From NCBI RefSeq assembly GCF_000007985.2, contig NC_002939.5, positions 1,500,001 to 1,532,000 of the forward strand: DNA of 32,000 nucleotides, written 5' to 3'. Origin of the DNA: Geobacter sulfurreducens PCA. GTDB taxonomy: Bacteria; Desulfobacterota; Desulfuromonadia; Geobacterales; Geobacteraceae. Every line of letters begins with the position of its first letter. The stretch's first letter is position 1. This document shows positions 8,592 through 16,943 of the stretch, one piece after another. The translations under genes were made by a program, and so were the position numbers. The notes under the pieces are model-generated. The model saw only the letters and a program-made list of their open reading frames with translations, did no database searches and was not told where the DNA came from.

Positions 8592-10583
8592 ATGGGAATG
8601 TTCGAGCGGAAGCGCTCTCTCCCCGCCGATGGCACTCCGGCCGGCGCCGTCACCAGGAAAGTGGCCCTGGTGGGAAACCCCAACGTGGGGAAAAGCGTCC
8701 TGTTCAATGCCCTGACCGGGGCCTATGTGGCGGTTTCCAACTATCCGGGAACTTCGGTGGAGGTTTCCCGGGGGTCCGCCTCCTTCGAAGGTGGCTCCTG
8801 GGAGATCATCGACACCCCCGGCATGTACTCGATCTTGCCGATTACCGAAGAGGAGCGGGTTGCCCGTGAGATTCTCCTGACCGAGCGCCCCGACGTGGTA
8901 CTCCACGTGCTCGACGCCCGAAACCTGGAGCGGATGCTGGTCATGACCCTCCAACTGGTGGAGGCGGGACTGCCGGTGATCCTGGTGGTGAACATCATGG
9001 ACGAGGCGGAGCGGATGGGACTTGAGATCGACATCCCGCTCCTGCAGGAGAAGCTGGGCATCCCGGTCATCGGCGCCGCCACGGCCAAGAAGCGGGGGCT
9101 GCCCGAGATCAGGAAGGCCATCGCCTCCTGCGATGCCGCGCACCACGCCAGTTTCGGCTACAGCCGCCGCCTGGAAGGGGACATCGCCGAGATCGCCGGG
9201 CTGCTCAGCGGGGAGTACACCCTTTCCGGCAAATCTCTGGCGCTGCTGCTGCTCCAGCGGGACGAGGAGATCGCTGCTCTGGTGGCCGGCAAGGAGGGGG
9301 ACCGGGCCGGGGCAATTGCTGAGAAGGTGAGGGAGAAGACCTTCGAGCGCCGGGAATCCTTTCACCTGGACCTGTCCCTGGAGCGCAAGGGGATCGTCAA
9401 GGGACTCCTGGCCGGCGTGCTCAGGACCCCGGAAAAGCGCCGGGTCACCGCGGGCGAGCGGCTTTCGTCCTGGGCGGTGCATCCCCTGACCGGCGTGCCG
9501 CTGCTGCTGGCGGTGCTCTACTACGGCCTCTACCAGTTCGTGGGGGTCTTCGGGGCCGGCACCCTGGTGGATTTCCTGGAAGGGACCCTGTTCGAGGAGT
9601 ATTTCAACCCCTGGATCATAGGCGTCGTCAACGGCATCGTGCCCTGGGAGATCATCCGGGAGCTGATCGTGGGTGAGTACGGAATCATCACCCTGGGGCT
9701 GCGCTACGCCGTGGGGATCATCCTCCCCATCGTGGCCACCTTTTTCCTGTTCTTCTCGGTGCTGGAGGACAGCGGCTACTTCCCGCGCCTGGCCCTCCTG
9801 GTGGACCGGATCTTCAAGAAGTTCGGCCTCACCGGCCGGGCGGTGATCCCCATGGTGCTCGGCTTCGGCTGTGACACCATGGCCACCATGGTCACCCGCA
9901 CCCTGGAAACCACCCGCGAGCGGATCATCGCCACGGTGCTCCTGACCCTGGCCATCCCCTGTTCGGCCCAGCTGGGGGTCATCATGGCGCTTCTTTCCCA
10001 GGCTCCGGGGGCGCTGCTGGTCTGGAGCGTCTGTCTCCTGCTGATCTTCCTGGTGGTGGGGTTCCTGTCGGCCAAAGTGATGCCCGGCGAAACCCCCATG
10101 TTCTACATGGAACTGCCTCCCATGCGGCTGCCCCAGCTCTCCAACGTCATGACCAAGACCTACACCCGCATGCAATGGTACTTCATGGAGATCCTGCCGC
10201 TCTTTATCCTGGCGTCGGTGCTGCTCTGGCTGGGCAAGATCACCAACTTCTTCGACAAGCTCGTCAACTGGATGGAGCCGGTCATGGCCTTCATCGGCCT
10301 TCCCCGCGACGCTGCCGTGGCCTTCATCTTCGGGTTCTTCCGCCGCGATTACGGCGCCGCCGGCCTCTATGACCTCCAGACCAAGGGGCTCATGGACCCG
10401 CGCCAGCTGGTGGTGGCGGCCGTGACCCTCACCCTGTTCGTCCCCTGTGTCGCCCAGTTCCTCATGATGAAGAAGGAGCGGGGACTCAAATCGGCCACTC
10501 TGATTGCCCTGTTCGTCTCCGTGGTGGCCGTCGGCTCGGGCTGGGCGCTCAACCGCTTCATCCTTTTCACGGGGATCCTGTGA
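8592..10583 (+). CDS. feoB: Ferrous iron transporter FeoB (N-terminal G domain plus polytopic membrane domain)
   Basis: 663-aa ORF with a G1 motif GNPNVGKS, a G3 motif DTPG and NIMD (G4-like). Multiple TM helices and the gate-motif region follow. GAGGAG RBS lies at 8579-8584. Confidence 0.95.
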   Translation: MGMFERKRSLPADGTPAGAVTRKVALVGNPNVGKSVLFNALTGAYVAVSNYPGTSVEVSRGSASFEGGSWEIIDTPGMYSILPITEEERVAREILLTERPDVVLHVLDARNLERMLVMTLQLVEAGLPVILVVNIMDEAERMGLEIDIPLLQEKLGIPVIGAATAKKRGLPEIRKAIASCDAAHHASFGYSRRLEGDIAEIAGLLSGEYTLSGKSLALLLLQRDEEIAALVAGKEGDRAGAIAEKVREKTFERRESFHLDLSLERKGIVKGLLAGVLRTPEKRRVTAGERLSSWAVHPLTGVPLLLAVLYYGLYQFVGVFGAGTLVDFLEGTLFEEYFNPWIIGVVNGIVPWEIIRELIVGEYGIITLGLRYAVGIILPIVATFFLFFSVLEDSGYFPRLALLVDRIFKKFGLTGRAVIPMVLGFGCDTMATMVTRTLETTRERIIATVLLTLAIPCSAQLGVIMALLSQAPGALLVWSVCLLLIFLVVGFLSAKVMPGETPMFYMELPPMRLPQLSNVMTKTYTRMQWYFMEILPLFILASVLLWLGKITNFFDKLVNWMEPVMAFIGLPRDAAVAFIFGFFRRDYGAAGLYDLQTKGLMDPRQLVVAAVTLTLFVPCVAQFLMMKKERGLKSATLIALFVSVVAVGSGWALNRFILFTGIL

Positions 10584-10762
10584 TCCGTTGCGGCTATTGC
10601 GGTCACGAATTCGCCGAGGAGGAGGGAATCCGCTCCTGCGGCAAATGCGGCAAGCCGGGTGGGTGCCGGATGGTGCGCTGCCCCAAATGCTTTTACGAGA
10701 ATCCGCCTGAAGCCAAGGCGCCGAAGACGCTCAGGAAAGTGATAGACTTGCTGAAGAAATAA
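10580..10762 (+). CDS. Small Cys-rich zinc-ribbon-like protein, translationally coupled to feoB
   Basis: 60-aa ORF MIRCGYCGHEF...CGKCGKPGGCRMVRCPKCFYENPP with seven Cys, including three CxxC pairs. Its GTG start (10580) overlaps the feoB TGA stop (10581-10583) as GTGA. Confidence 0.55.
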   Translation: MIRCGYCGHEFAEEEGIRSCGKCGKPGGCRMVRCPKCFYENPPEAKAPKTLRKVIDLLKK

Positions 10763-10795
10763 CCGGCCCAACCATACATGCAAAGGAGCACCCAT

Positions 10796-11440
10796 ATGAA
10801 GTTGTCCGACAAGGCAGAAGAAATCCTCGAAGCCCTCTGGATCGCCTGCGAGGAGGAGCGGAAGAGCCATCTGGAGATGGAGGAAATCAAAGTTCCCGCC
10901 GCTGATCCGGCTTACGGCGAACTGACCTCGCTGGCTTTCATCGAGGTCAGGGAGGCACGGGTCTACCTCCGCCCCGAGGGGAAGGACGAGGGGAAGCGGA
11001 CCGTCCGGCGGCACCGCCTTGCCGAGCGGCTCATGATGGACGTACTCAACATCCGGGGCGACCATGCCGAGGACAAGGCCTGCGAGTTCGAGCACCTGCT
11101 CCATGAAGGGGTCGACGCCAAGGTCTGCACCATGCTCAACCATCCCGCCACCTGTCCCCACGGCAAGCCGATCCCTCCGGGCGAGTGCTGCGACGAGGCC
11201 CGCAGGAGCGGCGACCTGGGGGTGGTCCCCCTCACCGAGCTCAAGGCCGGCGAAGAGGGCGAAATCGCCTACCTGGCCACCGGCGACGACATCAAGATGC
11301 GCAAGCTCATGGCCATGGGGGTCCTGCCGGGCAACAACATCGTGCTCATGCAGGTCTTTCCGTCGTACATCTTCCGGGTGGGGTACTCCGAATTCGCCAT
11401 CGACTCCAACCTGGCGCGGGAGATCTTCGTGAGGAAATAG
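10796..11440 (+). CDS. ideR: DtxR/IdeR-family metal-dependent regulator with C-terminal FeoA/SH3-like domain
   Basis: I prefer the ATG at 10796 (MKLSDKAEEILEAL...), which has an AAGGAG RBS 7 nt upstream. The dimerisation/metal region reads RRHRLAERLMMDVL...EDKACEFEHLL. The C-terminal part reads LTELKAGEEGEIAYL...RKLMAMGVLPGNNIVLMQ...FAIDSNLAREIFV, typical of FeoA domains. The symbol is given by family and context only. Confidence 0.8.
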   Translation: MKLSDKAEEILEALWIACEEERKSHLEMEEIKVPAADPAYGELTSLAFIEVREARVYLRPEGKDEGKRTVRRHRLAERLMMDVLNIRGDHAEDKACEFEHLLHEGVDAKVCTMLNHPATCPHGKPIPPGECCDEARRSGDLGVVPLTELKAGEEGEIAYLATGDDIKMRKLMAMGVLPGNNIVLMQVFPSYIFRVGYSEFAIDSNLAREIFVRK

Positions 11441-11487
11441 GAGCAGACCCGCAACACGCTGAAGAAACATCCCTTGAGCAGTACCAG

Positions 11488-11527
11488 ACCGCCCGTGTCG
11501 GAGCCATCCGACCGGGCGGTTTTTTTG
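11488..11527 (+). terminator. Rho-independent terminator after ideR
   Basis: ACCGCCCG (11488-11495) pairs with CGGGCGGT (11513-11520), followed by TTTTTT. This separates the iron cluster from the exonuclease-cas genes. Confidence 0.8.
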
Positions 11528-11591
11528 TGCGTGCGCGGCCAGGCGGCGCACACTAAGGAAAAATACGTGAGAGATCAAGGAATTTCCTGAA

Positions 11592-11620
11592 TTGACGGTA
11601 TCGGGAAGTAACGATATGAA
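11592..11620 (+). promoter_or_regulatory. Sigma70-type promoter candidate for the exonuclease-cas3 transcription unit
   Basis: TTGACG (11592-11597), 17 nt, then TATGAA (11615-11620), about 75 nt upstream of the exonuclease ATG. The -10 element is weak. Confidence 0.3.
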
Positions 11621-11694
11621 GGATAGTTCATGGTGAAAGACGCACAAAGATGCATCTTCCGGGAGGCACGCATGCACACAGGCGGTGACATGAC

Positions 11695-12240
11695 ATGAAA
11701 AATCACCATCTCCAGGCAGCGATCGATGTGGAAACCACCGGCCTTTTCCCGGGATATGGCGACAGGGTCGTCGAAGTGGCTGCCGTCCTTGTGGACGAGG
11801 GACAAATCGTCTCGGAATTCAGCAGCCTGATCAGGGTAACAAAGGCGATCCCCCGCCACGTATCCATGATTCACGGCATCACCAACGACATGCTCGCCGA
11901 CCAGCCGCTGCCGGAAGAGGTCTACCCGGCTCTCGGAGATTTCATCGGCACGGCCCTGCTCGTGGCCCACAACGCCCGGTTCGATCTGGCATTCCTGCGG
12001 CACGAGTTCGGCCGGTTGGGATTGTCGCTGAACAGCCGGTCCGCCTGCACCCTGGAACTGGCCCGGCGCAGACTGCCGGAACTGACCGACCACCGCCTGG
12101 AAACCGTCTACCAGCACCTGTTCGGAGCCGTCCCCGAAGGGACCAGGTGCCACCGGGCGCTCGACGATGCGCGGCTCACGGCGCGGGTGTGGGGGGAGTT
12201 GGGGGGTGGGAAGGCTATGAAAAGTGGTGCTCTGCGGTAG
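11695..12240 (+). CDS. DEDDh 3'-5' exonuclease (DnaQ / DNA polymerase III epsilon-like), standalone, directly upstream of cas3
   Basis: 181-aa ORF. Exo I is AIDVETTG, Exo II is LVAHNARFDLAFL and Exo III is CHRALDDARLTA (H-x4-D). It is on the same strand as cas3, 80 nt upstream, with no terminator between. Confidence 0.9.
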   Translation: MKNHHLQAAIDVETTGLFPGYGDRVVEVAAVLVDEGQIVSEFSSLIRVTKAIPRHVSMIHGITNDMLADQPLPEEVYPALGDFIGTALLVAHNARFDLAFLRHEFGRLGLSLNSRSACTLELARRRLPELTDHRLETVYQHLFGAVPEGTRCHRALDDARLTARVWGELGGGKAMKSGALR

Positions 12241-12320
12241 TTGTGACTTGATTTGTCATAATGACATGATACTAACTGAACGCGATGATGGTGGCTTGCT
12301 TGGTTGCGTTGGAGGGGGAA

Positions 12321-14972
12321 ATGGAAAGTCTTACTGTCCCGGAGTATGTTTGGTATTGGGGGAAGGCTGAGAAGGATGCAGGCGGTTACCATCTCTTGCC
12401 GTACCATTGCCTCGACGTCGCGGCTGTGGCCGCAGTCTGGTGGGATGCGAGTCCGACTATCCGGCGCAGCTTCTCCAGTCATGCGAGTTGCTCCGAGGTT
12501 CAGAGCCGCGCCTGGCTGCTCTTCTTTGTCGCATTGCACGATTATGGCAAATTCGATCTGCGCTTCCAACTGAAGGTCAGGGAGGTGTGGGAGAAGCTGC
12601 ATCCGTTGGCAGGTCAGGGGGCAAGCCTGCCTTCGCAATTTGACATCAACCAATACCAGCACGGCGAGAGCGGCCTCTTCTGGTTCAAGAAAGATTTTTT
12701 CGCCTTAAACGGATGCGAGCCCACTGCTGATTCACTTTTTATCGACGATGAACCGCTCCAGTGGTCGAACTGGAAACCGTGGGTCGAAGCGGTGACGGGT
12801 CATCATGGCCATGTGAAACAGGCGGAATATGCAAGTGATGCGTCTCTTTCTGTTTCGGTCGACGGCAGATTCGCCGAGATCGATCAAACAGCCCGGAAAG
12901 AGTGGCTAAAAGCATTGGAGCAACTTTTCCTGCGACCGGCCGGCCTTTCCCTCGATAACGCTCCGCCTCCTCCATCGCCGCTACTGGCCGGATTCTGTTC
13001 CGTGTCAGACTGGCTGGCTTCCCGTTGCGACGACACCAATTTCTCCTTCCATCAGTCACCGCTGTCAATCTCGGACTATTTCACACAAAAATTCTCACAG
13101 GACGCTCCTGCCATCCTTGCTTTCTCCGGGCTTAACGGCACAGCCAAGAGCTACGGTGGCATATCCGACCTTCTCCCTGCCATCGCAACGCCTCGTCCAC
13201 TGCAAACCAAGGTCGATCAGTTACCGCTTCAGGACGGTTTGACCATCATTGAAGCACCGACCGGATCAGGCAAGACCGAAGCTGCCCTTGCCCATGCCTG
13301 GCGGTTGCTGGCTACCGGGCAAGCCGATTCGATCATCTTCGCGCTCCCCACGCAGGCCACTGCCAACGCCATGCTGGGCCGACTTGAATCGCTGGCTGAA
13401 CGTATTTTTACCAACAGCCCGAACCTCTTACTGGCCCATGGCAATGCCCGGTTCAACCGGACCTTCACGGACCTCAAGCGCAGAGGGTATAGCGACGTCG
13501 CCGACCCGGACGGCTGGACACAATGTGGGGAATGGCTGGCGGAGAGTCGCAAGCGGGTTTTTCTCGGACAGATCGGAGTCTGCACCATCGATCAGGTCCT
13601 GATTTCCGTATTGCCGGTCAAACATCGCTTCGTGCGTGGCCTTGGGGTGGGACGAAGCGTGCTGATCGTGGATGAGGTGCATGCCTACGACGCCTACATG
13701 TACGGCCTGCTTGAAGAAGTCTTGCGTCAGCAGCGCCAGTGCGGCGGCTCGGCCATCCTGTTATCGGCCACCCTGCCCGCAACGCTGAAGCAACAACTCG
13801 CAGCGGCCTGGGGAGACCAACGCACCGAATGCAACCCATCGGCAGCCTATCCGTTGTTGACTTGGCTCGGAAATGTGGATTTCCCGCCTATTTCGTTGGC
13901 TCGCCATGAAACGCCAAAACCGGTCACGGTTGAAATTGAAGCCCTGCGGCTTGAGGGAATGGAACCAGACCAGACCTTGCTCGCTCGCCTTGTCAGGGCT
14001 GCAGAGAGTGGCGCGCAGGTTGCGGTGATCTGCAATATGGTCAACGATGCCCAGAGAATCGCCGCTGCCCTGAGAGAGATGACATCCGCTCCGGTCGGCC
14101 TCTTTCATGCGCGTTACCGCTTCAAGGATCGGCAAATCAGAGAAAGCGAGGTCATCGACTGTTTCGGTCCCAGCGGCAAACGCGAACAGGGACGCATTCT
14201 GGTTGCCACTCAAGTTGTCGAGCAATCTCTCGATCTGGATTTCGATTGGCTGGTCACCCAGTTGTGCCCGGTCGACCTCCTCTTTCAGCGCATGGGGAGA
14301 CTGCATCGTCATCCACGCGCATCGCGACCTGCTGGGTATGACAAGCCAGTCTGCACTATCCTTCTCCCGTGCGAATGCAATTACGGCTACACCGGGAAAA
14401 TCTATGCGGATACCCGAGTGCTTTGGCGCACCGAACAGTTGTTGGCTTCCGCATCCGCCGGTCAGGTTACGTTCCCGGCTGCCTATCGGGAATGGATCGA
14501 GAGTGCCTATCAAGAGAAGTCTTGGGGTACAGAGCCAGATTTGGTGATTGCAGGGTTCGAGAAGTTCAAGGACAAAACCTGGAGTAAGACTTATAGCGCC
14601 AAGGAGATGATTCGGAAGGCATTTGAAATCACCCCCTTTTCGGATTCAGATGAAAATGTCACCGCCGTTACCCGTGACGATGAAATGGGGCTGACGGTGA
14701 TCCCGGTCATCGATTCGCCAAAGGGGCGGCGCTTCCTCGATGGTGGATTGCTTGGTGATCTGGATGAATTCCGCAGGGCAGAGGAGTTGGCTCTCAACAG
14801 TATCAATGTCCCTGCGCGCTGGAGTGGTTGGCTGAAAGCGTTGTGCGAAATTGACGACGAAAGACGATACTGGCTCACCATGACGGAACAAGGAGAGGGG
14901 TGCTATGTGCGTGAAGGGGAAAAGGTTGCTTTCAGGTATCACTGCGATACCGGACTGGAGAGGGTGAAATGA
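12321..14972 (+). CDS. cas3: Cas3 (HD nuclease plus SF2 helicase), type I-E
   Basis: The ORF frame starts at 12285. The ATG at 12321 follows a GGAGGGGG RBS. HD-domain motifs are LPYHCLDVAAV, ALHDYGKFD and GHHG. Helicase motif I is APTGSGKTEAA and motif II is DEVHAYD. The stop overlaps the cse1 start (ATGA). Confidence 0.95.
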   Translation: MESLTVPEYVWYWGKAEKDAGGYHLLPYHCLDVAAVAAVWWDASPTIRRSFSSHASCSEVQSRAWLLFFVALHDYGKFDLRFQLKVREVWEKLHPLAGQGASLPSQFDINQYQHGESGLFWFKKDFFALNGCEPTADSLFIDDEPLQWSNWKPWVEAVTGHHGHVKQAEYASDASLSVSVDGRFAEIDQTARKEWLKALEQLFLRPAGLSLDNAPPPPSPLLAGFCSVSDWLASRCDDTNFSFHQSPLSISDYFTQKFSQDAPAILAFSGLNGTAKSYGGISDLLPAIATPRPLQTKVDQLPLQDGLTIIEAPTGSGKTEAALAHAWRLLATGQADSIIFALPTQATANAMLGRLESLAERIFTNSPNLLLAHGNARFNRTFTDLKRRGYSDVADPDGWTQCGEWLAESRKRVFLGQIGVCTIDQVLISVLPVKHRFVRGLGVGRSVLIVDEVHAYDAYMYGLLEEVLRQQRQCGGSAILLSATLPATLKQQLAAAWGDQRTECNPSAAYPLLTWLGNVDFPPISLARHETPKPVTVEIEALRLEGMEPDQTLLARLVRAAESGAQVAVICNMVNDAQRIAAALREMTSAPVGLFHARYRFKDRQIRESEVIDCFGPSGKREQGRILVATQVVEQSLDLDFDWLVTQLCPVDLLFQRMGRLHRHPRASRPAGYDKPVCTILLPCECNYGYTGKIYADTRVLWRTEQLLASASAGQVTFPAAYREWIESAYQEKSWGTEPDLVIAGFEKFKDKTWSKTYSAKEMIRKAFEITPFSDSDENVTAVTRDDEMGLTVIPVIDSPKGRRFLDGGLLGDLDEFRRAEELALNSINVPARWSGWLKALCEIDDERRYWLTMTEQGEGCYVREGEKVAFRYHCDTGLERVK

Positions 14973-16489
14973 ATCTGCTGACCGAAGCATGGATACCTGT
15001 GCGGCCATTACCGGCCGGTGCGGCGTGCAAACTCACGTTGCGGCAACTGTTGTGCGAGGACGGCCGATGGGAGCTGTGCCTACCGCGCGACGACATGGAA
15101 CTGGCAGCCCTGCAATTGCTGATCTGCATGACGCAGGTTTTCTTTCCGCCGCAGAGCACTGCCGCGTTGAAACAGCGGATAGTTGCTCCGTTGTCGTTGG
15201 ATGAGTTTGAGAGCGGTTGTGCGCCCTATCGCGAGTGGTTCCGGCTCGACCATCCCGACTTTCCGTTCATGCAGGTGCGCAACGTCAGCGCCAAGGACCC
15301 GACTCCCATGGATAAGTTGCTGGCGGGACTGACGGGGGCGACAAACAGTTGCTTTGTGAACGAACCGGGGTTGGGCGCCTGCTTGTGCGGTGGCTGCGCG
15401 GCCATCGCCCTGTTCAACCAGTCATCCAATGCGCCGAGTTTTGGCGGCGGGTTCAAGGGGAGTCTGCGCGGTGGAGCGCCGGTGACAACTCTGGTGCAAG
15501 GTGAACATTTGAGGCAAACCGTCTGGCTCAATGTCTTGAGTGAAGAGCGTCTGACACAAATTATCCCGTGGCATCACGCAACACGCAGTCAGCAACCGAC
15601 CTGGGTTGCACCAATCAAGGCGGGCGAGACAATTCCATCACAAGCAATCGGCGTACTGCGCGGGCTCTTCTGGCAGCCGGGACATCTTGAACTGATGCCG
15701 CCGCAGGGAGAACAAGCTTGTATCTGTTGCGGTTTTGTCGAGAAACAGGTTTATGCGGGATTCAACAAGGCAAAGTTTAACTACACCATCGACGGACTCT
15801 GGCCCCACCCCCACGGCCCCCGTATCAGTTCGGTGAAGAAGGGAGAGCGGGAAGAAAAATTTGTTTCCTTCACCACCGCAGCCCCGGCTTGGACCCATTT
15901 GAGCCGGTTTGTCGTGCAGCGGCAAACGACCAACAGTAAAGAGGAAGGTCAGGAGCCGGCCGCGGTGGTGCGGCAGGCGCAGGGACTACTCAATAAGTTA
16001 CGCCTGGCAGTCGGTGGCTACCGCAACAATCAGGCATCGATTCTTGAGCGGCGCCACGAACTGATTTTTCTCAATGACGGCTGGAGCGGGCATACAGAGG
16101 TGGTGCATGCGCTGGTCGGACAGGCGGTCGGGTATCGCGATGCACTGAATAAGGCGCTTTTTGTATTTTCCACGGGCTTCAAAGAGATCAAGGGAGCCGG
16201 CGTTAAGGTTCATGAATTGGCTAAGGAGCAATTCTACCGCCGTAGTGAAGATACGGTTCTCGATACCTTGGCACGCATCGACTTTGAACAAGCAGCCCTG
16301 GCATTGCTGGCAATGGGGGATGGGCTCCACGGTATTGTCGTTGGGCTTTTTAATGAGTCGGTCGCACCCTACCGCAACGATCCGGAATTAATCCGTACCA
16401 CAGCCGTGGCGCGTAAGACACTGTACAAGCATTTAAATGCACTCAAACCACAACGGGATGGAAGGAGGGACGATGGAACGAACGCATGA
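14969..16489 (+). CDS. cas8e: Cas8e / Cse1 (CasA), Cascade large subunit
   Basis: 506-aa ORF. The N-terminus MNLLTEAWIPVR is typical of Cse1. Its position between cas3 and cse2 fits, and there is a 4-nt overlap with cas3. Confidence 0.9.
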   Translation: MNLLTEAWIPVRPLPAGAACKLTLRQLLCEDGRWELCLPRDDMELAALQLLICMTQVFFPPQSTAALKQRIVAPLSLDEFESGCAPYREWFRLDHPDFPFMQVRNVSAKDPTPMDKLLAGLTGATNSCFVNEPGLGACLCGGCAAIALFNQSSNAPSFGGGFKGSLRGGAPVTTLVQGEHLRQTVWLNVLSEERLTQIIPWHHATRSQQPTWVAPIKAGETIPSQAIGVLRGLFWQPGHLELMPPQGEQACICCGFVEKQVYAGFNKAKFNYTIDGLWPHPHGPRISSVKKGEREEKFVSFTTAAPAWTHLSRFVVQRQTTNSKEEGQEPAAVVRQAQGLLNKLRLAVGGYRNNQASILERRHELIFLNDGWSGHTEVVHALVGQAVGYRDALNKALFVFSTGFKEIKGAGVKVHELAKEQFYRRSEDTVLDTLARIDFEQAALALLAMGDGLHGIVVGLFNESVAPYRNDPELIRTTAVARKTLYKHLNALKPQRDGRRDDGTNA

Positions 16490-16916
16490 TTTCATGGGCC
16501 TCTATCAGGCATGGGAGCGGCTGGCTCCGGGCCCGAGAGCCGAGTTGCGCCGAGTCGAACGCCCGGACGATCTACTGGAAGTGCCGGCTTTTTATCGGCT
16601 CTTCAGCGGTCGGGGAACCACGGAGTGGGAAAAGGGAGCCTACCAGAGACTGATCTTCTGCCTGCCGTGCATCAAACACAGCGGCGAGAATATCAGCCTG
16701 GGCAGAGCGTTGGCCAAGGGGAGGGGCGTTGGCGAAAAACGTCTTTTTCAGGTTGTGCGCAGCAGCGAGCCCAACGACATGATCCAGTTACGCCGGATTC
16801 TGCGTATGGCCGAACCGACCGTGAACTGGGATCTGGCGGCGCGACAACTCTGGTACTGGAATGACCGGAGCAAGCGCGACCTGCTCGAAGATTACTTCCT
16901 CAATCACTCGAACTGA
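16473..16916 (+). CDS. cse2: Cas11 / Cse2 (CasB), Cascade small subunit
   Basis: The ATG at 16473 follows a GGAAGGAGGG RBS (the ORF track gives an earlier ATG at 16437). The product is ~147 aa, Arg-rich and helical. It sits in the canonical position between cse1 and cas7e. Confidence 0.85.
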   Translation: MERTHDFMGLYQAWERLAPGPRAELRRVERPDDLLEVPAFYRLFSGRGTTEWEKGAYQRLIFCLPCIKHSGENISLGRALAKGRGVGEKRLFQVVRSSEPNDMIQLRRILRMAEPTVNWDLAARQLWYWNDRSKRDLLEDYFLNHSN

Positions 16917-16943
16917 TTTCAAACATCTATAGGAGATAGTTAC

